Positions 30,768 through 39,237 of a stretch of 64,000 nucleotides of DNA are shown here, piece by piece; positions within the stretch are counted from its first letter, which is position 1; each line of letters opens with the position of its first letter. The position numbers and the translations under genes are program-made. This stretch comes from Candidatus Omnitrophota bacterium (GTDB taxonomy: Bacteria; Omnitrophota; Gorgyraeia; Gygaellales; Profunditerraquicolaceae): NCBI GenBank assembly GCA_043809145.1, contig JAZDED010000034.1, positions 6,423 through 70,422 of the forward strand. The letters run 5' to 3'. The notes under the pieces were generated by a model, which searched no databases, was not told where the DNA came from, and saw only the letters and a list, made by a program, of their open reading frames with translations.

Positions 30768-31484
30768 CTAAATATAACAAATCTGCGGCAATCTTCTCTT
30801 ATGCTCAGACCTCTTAACCATTGCTTTGACTTTTTTCACTTTATATAAAGGAAGAATCTGCCTTACCTTTTTCTCCAAAGCCATAAGGATATCATCTAAC
30901 TCCGGATAAGTTATCCCCATCTCACCTTCATCAGTCTGGTCCGGCCATAGCCCGGCAGTAGGAGCTTTTGACATAATCGGTTCAGGAACATTCAAGGCCC
31001 AGGCTAATTGCCTGACCTGGCTCTTTAAAAGACTTCCTATAGGCAAGATATCCACGCCTGCGTCCCCATATTTAGTAGAATAACCCACCATAATCTCGGA
31101 TTTATTTCCTGTGCCGCAAACCAGGTAATTCAGGTTATTGGCAAAATAATACAGAGTCATCATTCTTAAACGTGGTTTCAGATTAGCCTGGCTTAAGCGG
31201 TTTCCTTTCGGAAAAAGGCCCATTAAAGTATCATAGGCCTTAGATAAATCTATGGTTTTAGTCTTTATTCCGAACCTTTTGGCAGTTAATTTAGCATCGA
31301 TCATATCCTGCTTCTGGCTGTGGCATGGTAAGATTAAAGCCAAAACCTTATTCTTTCCCACTGCCTCTTTAGCCAAAGCTAGAATCACAGCAGAATCAAT
31401 GCCGCCAGAAAGGCCTAAAATAATGCCTTTGGCGCCGCTTAATCTAACCTGCTTCTTAATCCAATTTACAATCTTTTTCTTCAT
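30768..31484 (-). CDS. nadE: NH3-dependent NAD+ synthetase
   Basis: GLSGGIDS, NLKPRLRM, GTGNKSE, TKYGD, PTAGLW; start ATG 31484. Confidence 0.95.
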   Translation of the reverse strand: MKKKIVNWIKKQVRLSGAKGIILGLSGGIDSAVILALAKEAVGKNKVLALILPCHSQKQDMIDAKLTAKRFGIKTKTIDLSKAYDTLMGLFPKGNRLSQANLKPRLRMMTLYYFANNLNYLVCGTGNKSEIMVGYSTKYGDAGVDILPIGSLLKSQVRQLAWALNVPEPIMSKAPTAGLWPDQTDEGEMGITYPELDDILMALEKKVRQILPLYKVKKVKAMVKRSEHKRRLPQICYI

Positions 31485-31714
31485 GTAACACCCATCAGGC
31501 AACGCTGTTGCCATTTAGTGACATCCACCAAGCCGGTGTTTCTCTAACTTAAGACTCAGATGGCGAAGGTGAAGAATAGTATATACTACGATTAGTTTAT
31601 AAATTATATACCACTAAATAGATAGGGTCAAGGAGATATTGAGAGGTCCAAAGCTGCACTCAAATCCAGCCCAAGCCCCCGCTTATAACCTTTAAATCGC
31701 TCTAGAAGACAAGG

Positions 31715-31924
31715 TTAAAAACTAGAAACAAGTCCTAGTTTTAGCAAGACTTTCTTTAGAGCATCCAAATCACTTTTAATCAATTCAATATTGGCCATTT
31801 TGACGTTGGGCATTAATGTTGGATTTTGCTCGCAAAGACGATTCTCATTTTCTAATGCTTTAATGCGATAACGCAATACCTTTCTGGATAACTCTTGTGT
31901 GCTCTTTTTAGTCTTCTTTTTCAT
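31715..31924 (-). CDS. Small hypothetical protein
   Basis: 69-aa ORF whose ATG abuts the stop of the antitoxin-like remnant. Confidence 0.4.
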   Translation of the reverse strand: MKKKTKKSTQELSRKVLRYRIKALENENRLCEQNPTLMPNVKMANIELIKSDLDALKKVLLKLGLVSSF

Positions 31925-32110
31925 TTAAGCCTGGGCAATCTTATGTAGGACCTCGTAGATAAAGGCCTGATAATTTATCCCCATCTTGGGCGCTTCCTCC
32001 TTTCTACTTTCAATAGACGCAGAAAGGAACAGTATCTAATGGAAATATTTGGTGATTTTGGGATTTGGCGCGTCGCTCAAAACACGCCTCGCCAAGGGCA
32101 TCTATTAGAT
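31925..32110 (-). pseudogene. Remnant of a CopG/BrnA-like antitoxin
   Basis: C-terminal fragment EAPKMGINYQAFIYEVLHKIAQA* resembles the GxxYQxxI ribbon-helix-helix motif; upstream part disrupted. Confidence 0.45.
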
Positions 32111-32160
32111 TAGGTTTGAAATTAAAATTTGTTCGGCAGGATATCAGTAGGAGAAAAAAT

Positions 32161-32286
32161 AGAAACGTCCCCTATTTTCCTATATATAGGTCACGGTTAA
32201 TTGGAATTTGACAACTATGATTTTGTAATGTATACTTATGTGAATAGTGGAGGGATATATGGACTGGAAAGAAAATAAGGTTATAG
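32161..32286 (+). repeat. About 125-bp direct repeat, copy 1 (family B site + promoter + RBS + gene start)
   Basis: agaaacgtcccct...TTGACA (32208)-17-TATACT (32231)...GGAGGG-atat-ATGGACTGGAAAGAAAATAAGGTTATAG. Confidence 0.9.
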
Positions 32287-32600
32287 CTATTGGGGCAGGG
32301 GCAGTATTGGTGCTATGTATCATTATGATTGTTATTATCTTACAGCCTAAGAAAACATTGGTAATGCTTATGTCAGATTCAAACCAAGAAATTTTTACTG
32401 GGAAAGTTCCCAATGGCGCTAAGTTTCCTTTGCTTAATCCTAAAACTAAAATGATGGATTTGTATCCTGCTTCAAAGGTAAAATGCGAAAAATGCGGTTG
32501 GGAGGGATACGTGATTACTTTCAAAAAACCGGGCGAACCAGTTGACCCCAGATGTCCTAATTGTAGAGCTCAAACAATATACCTTAGATCTATTAAGTAA
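32259..32600 (+). CDS. Membrane-anchored Zn-ribbon protein, cassette 1
   Basis: N-terminal TM helix, NPKT..LYPA, CEKC...CPNC. Confidence 0.8.
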   Translation: MDWKENKVIAIGAGAVLVLCIIMIVIILQPKKTLVMLMSDSNQEIFTGKVPNGAKFPLLNPKTKMMDLYPASKVKCEKCGWEGYVITFKKPGEPVDPRCPNCRAQTIYLRSIK

Positions 32601-32636
32601 TAATTATCTTATGGGGCTTTAAGTAGAGAGGGCCTT

Positions 32637-33104
32637 ATGCTAAGAGATAAAAAAGTCAATACAGGCTTTACGCTGGTTGAAATTATGGTTGTAGTAGCAA
32701 TAATTGGTATTCTTACTGCTACCATAACACCTCAGGTGAGCGGTCTTGTGGATAAAGCTCGTAAGGCCAAAGCCCAGGCAGATGTAAACTCTATTACTGT
32801 CGGAATATTGGCATATGTAGACGATAATACCGGAACGTATCCCGGAGGCAATATCCGTATTGCCCAGGATGGGCAGTGGCTTAATACATATCTGATGGCA
32901 ACTGGAGCAGCAAAAAGGTATTTGCAGAAGAGAATTGAAAATGACCCCTGGAATTTAGCTTACCGTTTTTTTAGCTGCAGCAATTATGCCACTGGCCATT
33001 CTTTTGTTATGAGCCGCGGACAGGATAAAAGCTGTGGAGGTGGTTCTCCTTACCGCTGGGGTAATGCAGCTGTGGGGGATGATGTTGTTGTCTGGATAAG
33101 ATAA
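32637..33104 (+). CDS. Type IV pilin / GspG-like pseudopilin 1
   Basis: Class III signal G|FTLVEIMVVVAIIGIL; DPW..Y, SRGQD and GDD motifs; 2 Cys. Confidence 0.92.
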   Translation: MLRDKKVNTGFTLVEIMVVVAIIGILTATITPQVSGLVDKARKAKAQADVNSITVGILAYVDDNTGTYPGGNIRIAQDGQWLNTYLMATGAAKRYLQKRIENDPWNLAYRFFSCSNYATGHSFVMSRGQDKSCGGGSPYRWGNAAVGDDVVVWIR

Positions 33105-33204
33105 ATTTAGAAAACATTTTTTCTAGATTTTATTACATACCAAAAGGCTGAAGACAAAATTATTCAGCCTATTTAATTTATATGGTAAAATATAATAAAG
33201 CGAT

Positions 33205-33378
33205 ATGACAAATTTCCAGAAAAATAGTTTTATTATTCTAGCCATACTGCTATTAGCGGCAATTAATTCTTATTTTTATACCAGCCGCAGCCATATCTTT
33301 AAGGAAGCTGTTATAGCCCGGGCCCCTTCAGTTGTTAAAGCAGAAACGTCCCCTCTTCCATATATAAATCCCGGTTAA
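33205..33378 (+). pseudogene. 57-aa ORF, probably a truncated third cassette gene
   Basis: MTNFQKNSFIILAILLLAAINSYF... resembles the N-terminus of 34358 (KNKFFYITAAIFLIVSLNLY) and runs into the repeat at 33342. Confidence 0.45.
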
Positions 33379-33464
33379 TCGAAATTTGACAACTATGATT
33401 ATGTAATGTATACTTATGTTAATAGTGGAGGGATATATGGATTGGAAAGAAAATAAGGTTATAG
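33342..33464 (+). repeat. About 125-bp direct repeat, copy 2
   Basis: agaaacgtcccct...TTGACA (33386)-17-TATACT (33409)...GGAGGG-atat-ATGGATTGGAAAGAAAATAAGGTTATAG. Confidence 0.9.
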
Positions 33465-33835
33465 GTCTAATCGCAGGTGTAATCTTAATATTTTCTATTA
33501 TATTGGTCATTATTTTGTTGCAGCCGAAAAAAATAAGAATGGCGTTTATGGCTGAGGGCGCAGATGAAGTTTTCGAGATGAATGTCCCTATAGGCACTCA
33601 AGGCCCAGTTGTTAATCCGAAGACAGGGGCCAGGGTTTTATATCCGGCTACAAAATTAAAATGCCAAAAGTGCGGCTGGGAAGGGTGGTTAATTAACTGG
33701 AGGTCAAGCTCAAAACCTCTCTCGCCTAAAGAGCTGGCAAAATTGTCTGACGAAAAGAAGTCGGCTAAAATAAAGTCCGGCTTACCTACTGTTTGCCCTA
33801 GATGCGGCTCTCCGCAATTAAGCCAGATGAAATAA
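33437..33835 (+). CDS. Membrane-anchored Zn-ribbon protein, cassette 2
   Basis: Paralog of 32259: MDWKENKVI, NPKT..LYPA, CQKCGWEG...CPRC. Confidence 0.8.
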   Translation: MDWKENKVIGLIAGVILIFSIILVIILLQPKKIRMAFMAEGADEVFEMNVPIGTQGPVVNPKTGARVLYPATKLKCQKCGWEGWLINWRSSSKPLSPKELAKLSDEKKSAKIKSGLPTVCPRCGSPQLSQMK

Positions 33836-33865
33836 ATCTATTATAACTTCTAGAAGGTGGTTATA

Positions 33866-34351
33866 ATGAAAGACAAAGGCTTTACTCTTGTGGAAGTGAT
33901 GGTTGTGGTGGCGATTATCGGTATTTTGGCTACTACGGTTTTGCCCAACGCAACTAACTTAATCAATAAAGCAAAAATAGCAAAGGCGAATTCAGAGCTG
34001 CAATCCTTAGCAGTTGCTATCCTGGCCTATTACGATGACCGCAATAGCTGGCCAGGCGATATTAGTGGCAACGGCTGGAATGATAGCTGTTATATCGGAC
34101 GGACAGTGCGCGGCGGTTGCGGCTTTGGGAATGTTTGTCTTATGTCTACTACGTATGGCGCTACCAGGTATCTAAATAGAGATATTACTCAATCTCCCTG
34201 GGGTGGCGGCTGCGGGACATACCTCTGGAGATCAAGGCCTGATGGCTGGTTTGCTTTTGTCGCTTGTCTTGGCCCAGATAAGACGCGCCAAACCTGCTTT
34301 ACTACTGTAAGGGCACCAGCCGGTGATGACCTCGTAGTTTATTTAGAATGA
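33866..34351 (+). CDS. Type IV pilin / GspG-like pseudopilin 2 (Cys/Gly-rich)
   Basis: G|FTLVEVMVVVAIIGIL; SPW, LGPD and GDD motifs; 6 Cys. Confidence 0.92.
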   Translation: MKDKGFTLVEVMVVVAIIGILATTVLPNATNLINKAKIAKANSELQSLAVAILAYYDDRNSWPGDISGNGWNDSCYIGRTVRGGCGFGNVCLMSTTYGATRYLNRDITQSPWGGGCGTYLWRSRPDGWFAFVACLGPDKTRQTCFTTVRAPAGDDLVVYLE

Positions 34352-34357
34352 TTTTAA

Positions 34358-34945
34358 ATGCCTTTGTATTTTTACAAAAATAAATTTTTTTATATAACCG
34401 CAGCAATCTTTCTTATTGTTAGCCTTAATTTATATCGATTATTAAGGAATGAAGGAAAAGTAAATCTCTTTCCGGGCTGGGACAAAACAATAGAAACATC
34501 TGGATTTTTCTTCAAGGCGCCTAATAATTGGCCTCTGGCCGTTATCCGGGGAAATAAAGAAAAAGGAGAAGTTGTTTTTTCTCAGCAATTTCATTTCCAA
34601 AGATACAACTGGTACCTGGTTTTTTCTTGGGATAAGCAAGATTTTAATTGGAAAGAGTTACTACCGCCTTTAAAAAAAGATCCTGGAGTCAAGAGCGAAC
34701 CCGAATATAATTTTGGAGAGATTTATCAGAAAGACATTTTATTCCAAAACAAAACCAGGGGATTTAAGAATATTGTTCTTTGGATTAAACGGTCTTGCGG
34801 TATAGTCGAGCGTAACTGGCTTTTTTTGTTCGAATCTAATAATCTGCCGGGGGAGAAATTTTTTTTTAAAGCCCTATACCTTAGCGATAAAAGTCAGGAA
34901 GAGACATTCCGTCGCATTCTAGCTTCCATAAAATTTAAACGATAA
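34358..34945 (+). CDS. Membrane-anchored periplasmic hypothetical protein
   Basis: N-terminal TM helix; PxxW motif and C-terminal FRRILASIKF, reminiscent of PsbP-like folds. Confidence 0.65.
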   Translation: MPLYFYKNKFFYITAAIFLIVSLNLYRLLRNEGKVNLFPGWDKTIETSGFFFKAPNNWPLAVIRGNKEKGEVVFSQQFHFQRYNWYLVFSWDKQDFNWKELLPPLKKDPGVKSEPEYNFGEIYQKDILFQNKTRGFKNIVLWIKRSCGIVERNWLFLFESNNLPGEKFFFKALYLSDKSQEETFRRILASIKFKR

Positions 34946-34948
34946 AAT

Positions 34949-35785
34949 ATGGATATTGTAGTTGAAACCCGGGGATTAGGTAAAAATTTTACAAAAGTTA
35001 TTGCTTTGGCGGATTTAAATTTAACCTTAAAGCAAGGAGAGATCTTCGGGCTCCTGGGGCCAAATGGCTCAGGAAAAACCACTTTGATTAAGATCCTTCT
35101 GGGGGTCCTTTTTCCCACAAAAGGCAGCGTCCGGGTTCTAGGGCAGGACCCCAGGGATATCTCAATAAAATATCGGATCGGATTTTTGCCTGAGACTCCT
35201 CAATATTACCCTTTCTTAAATCCGGTTGAGGTTTTAGATTTCTTTGCCCGGCTTTTTAATATCCCCAAAAAATTAAGGAAAATAAGAATAGAAGAATTAA
35301 TTAATCTGGTCAGCTTATCGGATTATAGAAAGAGGAGATTGGGTGCTTTCTCTAAGGGGATGCTCCAGAGGATGGGCTTAGCCGTAAGCCTGATTAATGA
35401 CCCGGATTTTTTATTATTGGATGAGCCGACTGTAGGTTTAGATCCGCTAGGGGCATTCCAGGTCCGGGATTTATTATTAAAATTAAAGGCCGAAGGAAAA
35501 ACTATTTTGCTTTGCAGCCACTTGCTTTCGGAGGTTGAAAGCGCCTGCGACAAAATCGCTGTTCTTTATAAGGGAGTACTGGTAAAAGAAGGCCGGCTCT
35601 CTGAACTTTTGAAGAAAGATGATGAAATCCAGATTAATATTAAAACTAAAGAACCAGCTATCAGGGATAAAATCTTAGCCTTGATAAAAAACATTGAAGA
35701 AACCGAGGTGGATATCGGTTATCCTAATCAATCCCTGGATGAGTTATTCCGCAGTATAATTAAGGATTCAGAGAATGTTAAATAA
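34949..35785 (+). CDS. ABC transporter ATP-binding protein (PilH/XapD-like)
   Basis: GPNGSGKT, FSKGMLQR, LLDEPT, CSH; downstream of pilins. Confidence 0.92.
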   Translation: MDIVVETRGLGKNFTKVIALADLNLTLKQGEIFGLLGPNGSGKTTLIKILLGVLFPTKGSVRVLGQDPRDISIKYRIGFLPETPQYYPFLNPVEVLDFFARLFNIPKKLRKIRIEELINLVSLSDYRKRRLGAFSKGMLQRMGLAVSLINDPDFLLLDEPTVGLDPLGAFQVRDLLLKLKAEGKTILLCSHLLSEVESACDKIAVLYKGVLVKEGRLSELLKKDDEIQINIKTKEPAIRDKILALIKNIEETEVDIGYPNQSLDELFRSIIKDSENVK

Positions 35786-36545
35786 GGTTTGGGCAATAAC
35801 CATAAATACTTTTAAAGAGGCAATCCGCCGTAAGATCCTCTATGTGTTTTTATTTTCTGCCATAGGCATTATTTTCGTTGGCCGCTTCTTTAACTTTTTA
35901 TCTCCTTCAAACGAAACAAAAATCGCTATTGATATGGGCCTGGCCGGTATTCTTTTTTTTGGGGCCCTTATCGCAATATTTTCCTGCGGGGAGCTGATTC
36001 CCCGGGAGATAGAAAAGCAGACTATCATTACTCTTTTAAGCAAACCAATAAAAAGGATTGAATTTTTGGCAGGTAAATTTCTGGGCGGTTTTCTTTTGGT
36101 ATTTGTGAATTTTCTTTTAATGTCGATTGTATTCCTGGTGATAATTTATTTCAAGGAAAAAACAGTCTCAATAGACCTGGTTAAAGCGCTTTTGCTTACC
36201 TTCTGGGAGCTAATAGTTTTATCTTCGATTGCCGTATGCCTATCTATCTTAAGCTCAACAGTAGCTTTTAACGTAACCGTTACCTTTTCTATTTATATCC
36301 TTGGCCATCTTACGGATTATTTTGTTCATATCGCTAAGCAAGCAGAATATTCGGTTATTTCCGTGTTGCTTATGGTAATTTATACCATAGTCCCTAATTT
36401 TAACCACTTTAATCTCCGGGATAAAGTTGTAGAAGGTTTCTTCATCTCCAATGCCCAAGTATTTGAGGTTTTTCTGTATGGTTTGGTTTATATCGCGGTT
36501 ATGTTAGGCTTATCTTTCCTTTTCTTTCAAGATAAAGAATTCTGA
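35775..36545 (+). CDS. ABC-2 type permease (PilI-like)
   Basis: NTFKEAIRRK, REIEKQTIITLLSKPIKR.EFLAGKFLG, about 6 TM. Confidence 0.9.
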   Translation: MLNKVWAITINTFKEAIRRKILYVFLFSAIGIIFVGRFFNFLSPSNETKIAIDMGLAGILFFGALIAIFSCGELIPREIEKQTIITLLSKPIKRIEFLAGKFLGGFLLVFVNFLLMSIVFLVIIYFKEKTVSIDLVKALLLTFWELIVLSSIAVCLSILSSTVAFNVTVTFSIYILGHLTDYFVHIAKQAEYSVISVLLMVIYTIVPNFNHFNLRDKVVEGFFISNAQVFEVFLYGLVYIAVMLGLSFLFFQDKEF

Positions 36546-37246
36546 TGCCTTCAAGAATCATTCGTAAATCATTTTTGACCTTAGCCGTCGTTTTACTTTA
36601 TTTTTCCTTATTTTTTATCTCCCGGAAACTTGTTGCATATAGGGGTTTACCGGAACGTTTACTGATTAAGCCGGGAGAATTTGCGGTATTAGTTGCGTTA
36701 GGCGGATTGAAAGGGGTAGCTGCCGACCTGTTATACCTGAAAGCAGATCAGCTATGGCAGGAAAAGAAATGGAAAGAAATGATCCCCTATTACCGGGCAA
36801 TAACCGTGCTGCAGCCGTATTATATTGATTACTGGTCAATAGCCGGTTTTCACATCGCCTGGAACTTGTCTTTTGCCGCTAAAACTCCGGCAGAAAAAGA
36901 GTCCTATATAAAACAGGGGGTAGATTTTTTAAAAGAAGGGCTTAATTATAACCCTGATGCCTATAAGTTATATTTTGACCTGGCTTTTACCTATGACCAT
37001 AAACTTAAAGATTATGGCCAGGCGGTTGAATGGTATAGGAAGGCGATAAACTTTCCCCATCTGGTATATGTGGAGCGTTTAATCGCCCACTGCCTGCGTA
37101 AGAATGGGGATTTACCAGCTGCTTATCAGGAATGGCAAAAATTAAAAGACCTTTATCTTGATGATGAATACCATCAGGATATTGTTAAGCGTAATCTTAA
37201 ATCCGTAGAAGAGGAAATGATAAAGAGTGGCCAGAAGCCCGAATAA
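36545..37246 (+). CDS. Membrane-anchored TPR protein (PilG/XapA-like)
   Basis: TM helix, then ADLLYL, LQPYY, FLKEGLNYNP, AVEWY TPR-like helices. Confidence 0.75.
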   Translation: MPSRIIRKSFLTLAVVLLYFSLFFISRKLVAYRGLPERLLIKPGEFAVLVALGGLKGVAADLLYLKADQLWQEKKWKEMIPYYRAITVLQPYYIDYWSIAGFHIAWNLSFAAKTPAEKESYIKQGVDFLKEGLNYNPDAYKLYFDLAFTYDHKLKDYGQAVEWYRKAINFPHLVYVERLIAHCLRKNGDLPAAYQEWQKLKDLYLDDEYHQDIVKRNLKSVEEEMIKSGQKPE

Positions 37247-37748
37247 AAAAATATATTTAATAGTTTTATTATTATCATTAACAGTGGCTATAGTTTTCTA
37301 CCCGGGAGGTAAATTGGCTAAAAAAGTAGATTTGGGCGAGGGAATAACCGTAAGTGTCCCGGGGAATTTCCCAAAGCACACCTTAAAGCAGGAAAGTGAT
37401 TTAAGGATTACCTCATTTAATATTCAGCCTCACGAAAAATCACTGAGGTTTATTAACTTTCTTGAGTTTATCGTTTCGGCAGATAAGCTGGATTGCCTAA
37501 AAAGGCTGCCTAAAGAAGGCTATGAAATCGGTAACACCAACGAAGAAAAACTTTTAATAAATAGCCAGAGCGTTATTTTAAAAACCATAGAACTGAAAAT
37601 TACCCATCCCTGCGGCTCAAAGGAAAAAGGTTTAATTTACGCCTTGGAATATTTTTGCCAACCTAAAGACAAATATATTTATCTTCTTACCTTTACTATG
37701 ACTAAAAATGGATTTTTGGATATCGCTAAAACTCTGAAATGTTATTAG
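37227..37748 (+). CDS. Membrane-anchored hypothetical protein with several Cys
   Basis: N-terminal TM helix; overlaps both neighbours. Confidence 0.65.
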   Translation: MARSPNKKIYLIVLLLSLTVAIVFYPGGKLAKKVDLGEGITVSVPGNFPKHTLKQESDLRITSFNIQPHEKSLRFINFLEFIVSADKLDCLKRLPKEGYEIGNTNEEKLLINSQSVILKTIELKITHPCGSKEKGLIYALEYFCQPKDKYIYLLTFTMTKNGFLDIAKTLKCY

Positions 37749-38314
37749 AGAAGATCAGCACTGCATTGATTTTGGGTCTATCCGCCGAGAGGATTCTACT
37801 TTGCCCTTTTATGGCGATGGGCCTTTCGCTTTCTGACCGTGGGGGAGGCTTAAAATTTATTTTAGGCAGGTTAGCGGGAATCAGCCTTTTAGGCTTGTTT
37901 ATATCCATAATTGGCGTTCCTTTTAATATCCCTCCCTATATATTAGACGGAGTCTTTGGTTTGTTTCTTTTGGGGCTGGGGGTAAACGCGTTATTAAAAT
38001 CAAAACACCAACTTAAGCAGAAGAAATTTTCTAACGCCGGATTTAGTTTGGGTTTATTCAGAGGTATGCTTAATCCCGGAAGAAAGCTTGTTTATCTTTT
38101 ACCGCTTTTATGGGGGATAAGAGTTGTTGACGGCCTGGCGGTTTCGCTGGCCTACGGTTTAAGTTCTTCGGTATATCTTCTTCTGGGATTCTTTTCTGCT
38201 GAGCTCTTAAATAGGGTTTCGGCTTATCAAAAACAGATAAAATTAGCCGGGGCAATAATATTATTATTTTTAGGGGGGTTTTATATTTTTAAGTTCTTTC
38301 AAGGAAGATTATAA
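37739..38314 (+). CDS. Integral membrane protein, DsbD_2/TauE/LysE-superfamily-like
   Basis: About 6 TM; LLCPF, FILGRL, GLFRG, LAGAIILLFLG. Confidence 0.65.
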   Translation: MLLEKISTALILGLSAERILLCPFMAMGLSLSDRGGGLKFILGRLAGISLLGLFISIIGVPFNIPPYILDGVFGLFLLGLGVNALLKSKHQLKQKKFSNAGFSLGLFRGMLNPGRKLVYLLPLLWGIRVVDGLAVSLAYGLSSSVYLLLGFFSAELLNRVSAYQKQIKLAGAIILLFLGGFYIFKFFQGRL

Positions 38315-38315
38315 G

Positions 38316-39155
38316 ATGAAACTGCGAATATCCAAGCATCCATGTTTTGACGAAAAGGCCCATTTGAAATTTGCCCGCATCCATCTACCGGTTGCCAAAT
38401 TTTGCAATATCGGCTGCAAATATTGCATCCGGCTGTTAAATAAAACCGAAAACCGCCCCGGCATAGCTTCCCGGATACTTTCACCAAGACAGGCCTTGAA
38501 TAAAGTAAGAAGGATTATTAAATCTTATCCTTTGACTGTAGTCGGGATCGCCGGGCCCGGGGATCCCTTGGCCAATGATGAGACCTTTCAGGTGCTTGAA
38601 TTGATCAAAAAAGAATTTCCTAAGCTTATGAAATGTTTGAGCACTAATGGGTTACTGCTTTTGGATTATACGGATTTATTAAAGAAGTTAAATCTGGCAA
38701 CTCTTACGGTTACGGTTAATGCTGTTTTGCCGAAAACCGCCACCAGGATTTATGATTTTGTCGTCTGGGGCGGTAAAAAGTATTGCGGTATCCAGGGAGC
38801 AGAGATTTTATTAGCCAGGCAGCAGGCAGGAATTAAAGAAGCAGTAAAGCAGGGCATTGCTGTTAAAATAAATACAGTGCTTATCCCTGAGGTCAATAAA
38901 AAAGAAATACCCGCGATAGCTAAAATTTATGGTTCTTTAGGCGCCAAGATGATGAATATTATTCCTCTTATCCCGATTTATAGGATGGCTTCCTGCAAGG
39001 CGCCGGATTGTAATGAATTAAAGGATATAAGAAGCAAGGCTGAGAAATATATTTCGCAATTTAGGCTCTGCAAACAGTGCCGGGCCGATGCCGTAGGGAT
39101 ACCGGGGCTGCAGAGAAAAGATTTCTCCAGCCCTTCCGAATACTTCCACTTTTGA
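38316..39155 (+). CDS. NifB-type radical SAM protein (SAM domain only)
   Basis: HPC, CNIGCKYC, ENRP, AGPG, TVTVN, CKQCRADAVG; also RIHLPVA, CLSTNG, KINTVLIP. Confidence 0.9.
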   Translation: MKLRISKHPCFDEKAHLKFARIHLPVAKFCNIGCKYCIRLLNKTENRPGIASRILSPRQALNKVRRIIKSYPLTVVGIAGPGDPLANDETFQVLELIKKEFPKLMKCLSTNGLLLLDYTDLLKKLNLATLTVTVNAVLPKTATRIYDFVVWGGKKYCGIQGAEILLARQQAGIKEAVKQGIAVKINTVLIPEVNKKEIPAIAKIYGSLGAKMMNIIPLIPIYRMASCKAPDCNELKDIRSKAEKYISQFRLCKQCRADAVGIPGLQRKDFSSPSEYFHF

Positions 39156-39207
39156 GAAAGTGAAACTAGGGCAAAGCGGAGATTTTATTAGAGATATCTA
39201 AATATAT

Positions 39208-39237
39208 ATGAAGATAGCGGTAGCTTCTAGGAATTAA
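39208..39237 (+). pseudogene. Possible truncated start of a NifX/NifB-C family gene
   Basis: ATG AAG ATA GCG GTA GCT TCT AGG AAT TAA = MKIAVASRN*, ending at the family B repeat. Confidence 0.4.

Noticed and set aside
31485-31600. Known glutamine (glnA) or NAD+ riboswitch
   Set aside because: The consensus cores could not be matched by eye; kept only as an unassigned structured leader.
32637-34351. Geobacter-type conductive e-pili
   Set aside because: Aromatic content is about 10%, but there are no aromatics between mature positions 2 and 49, and the heads carry GspG-like motifs.
32161-34351. Diversity-generating retroelement or shufflon
   Set aside because: No reverse transcriptase or invertase, no adenine-specific TR/VR pair, and the repeats cover promoters rather than C-terminal variable regions.
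38316-39155. Nitrogen fixation cluster
   Set aside because: Only a NifB-like gene is present; there is no nifH, nifD, nifK, nifE or nifN in the window.
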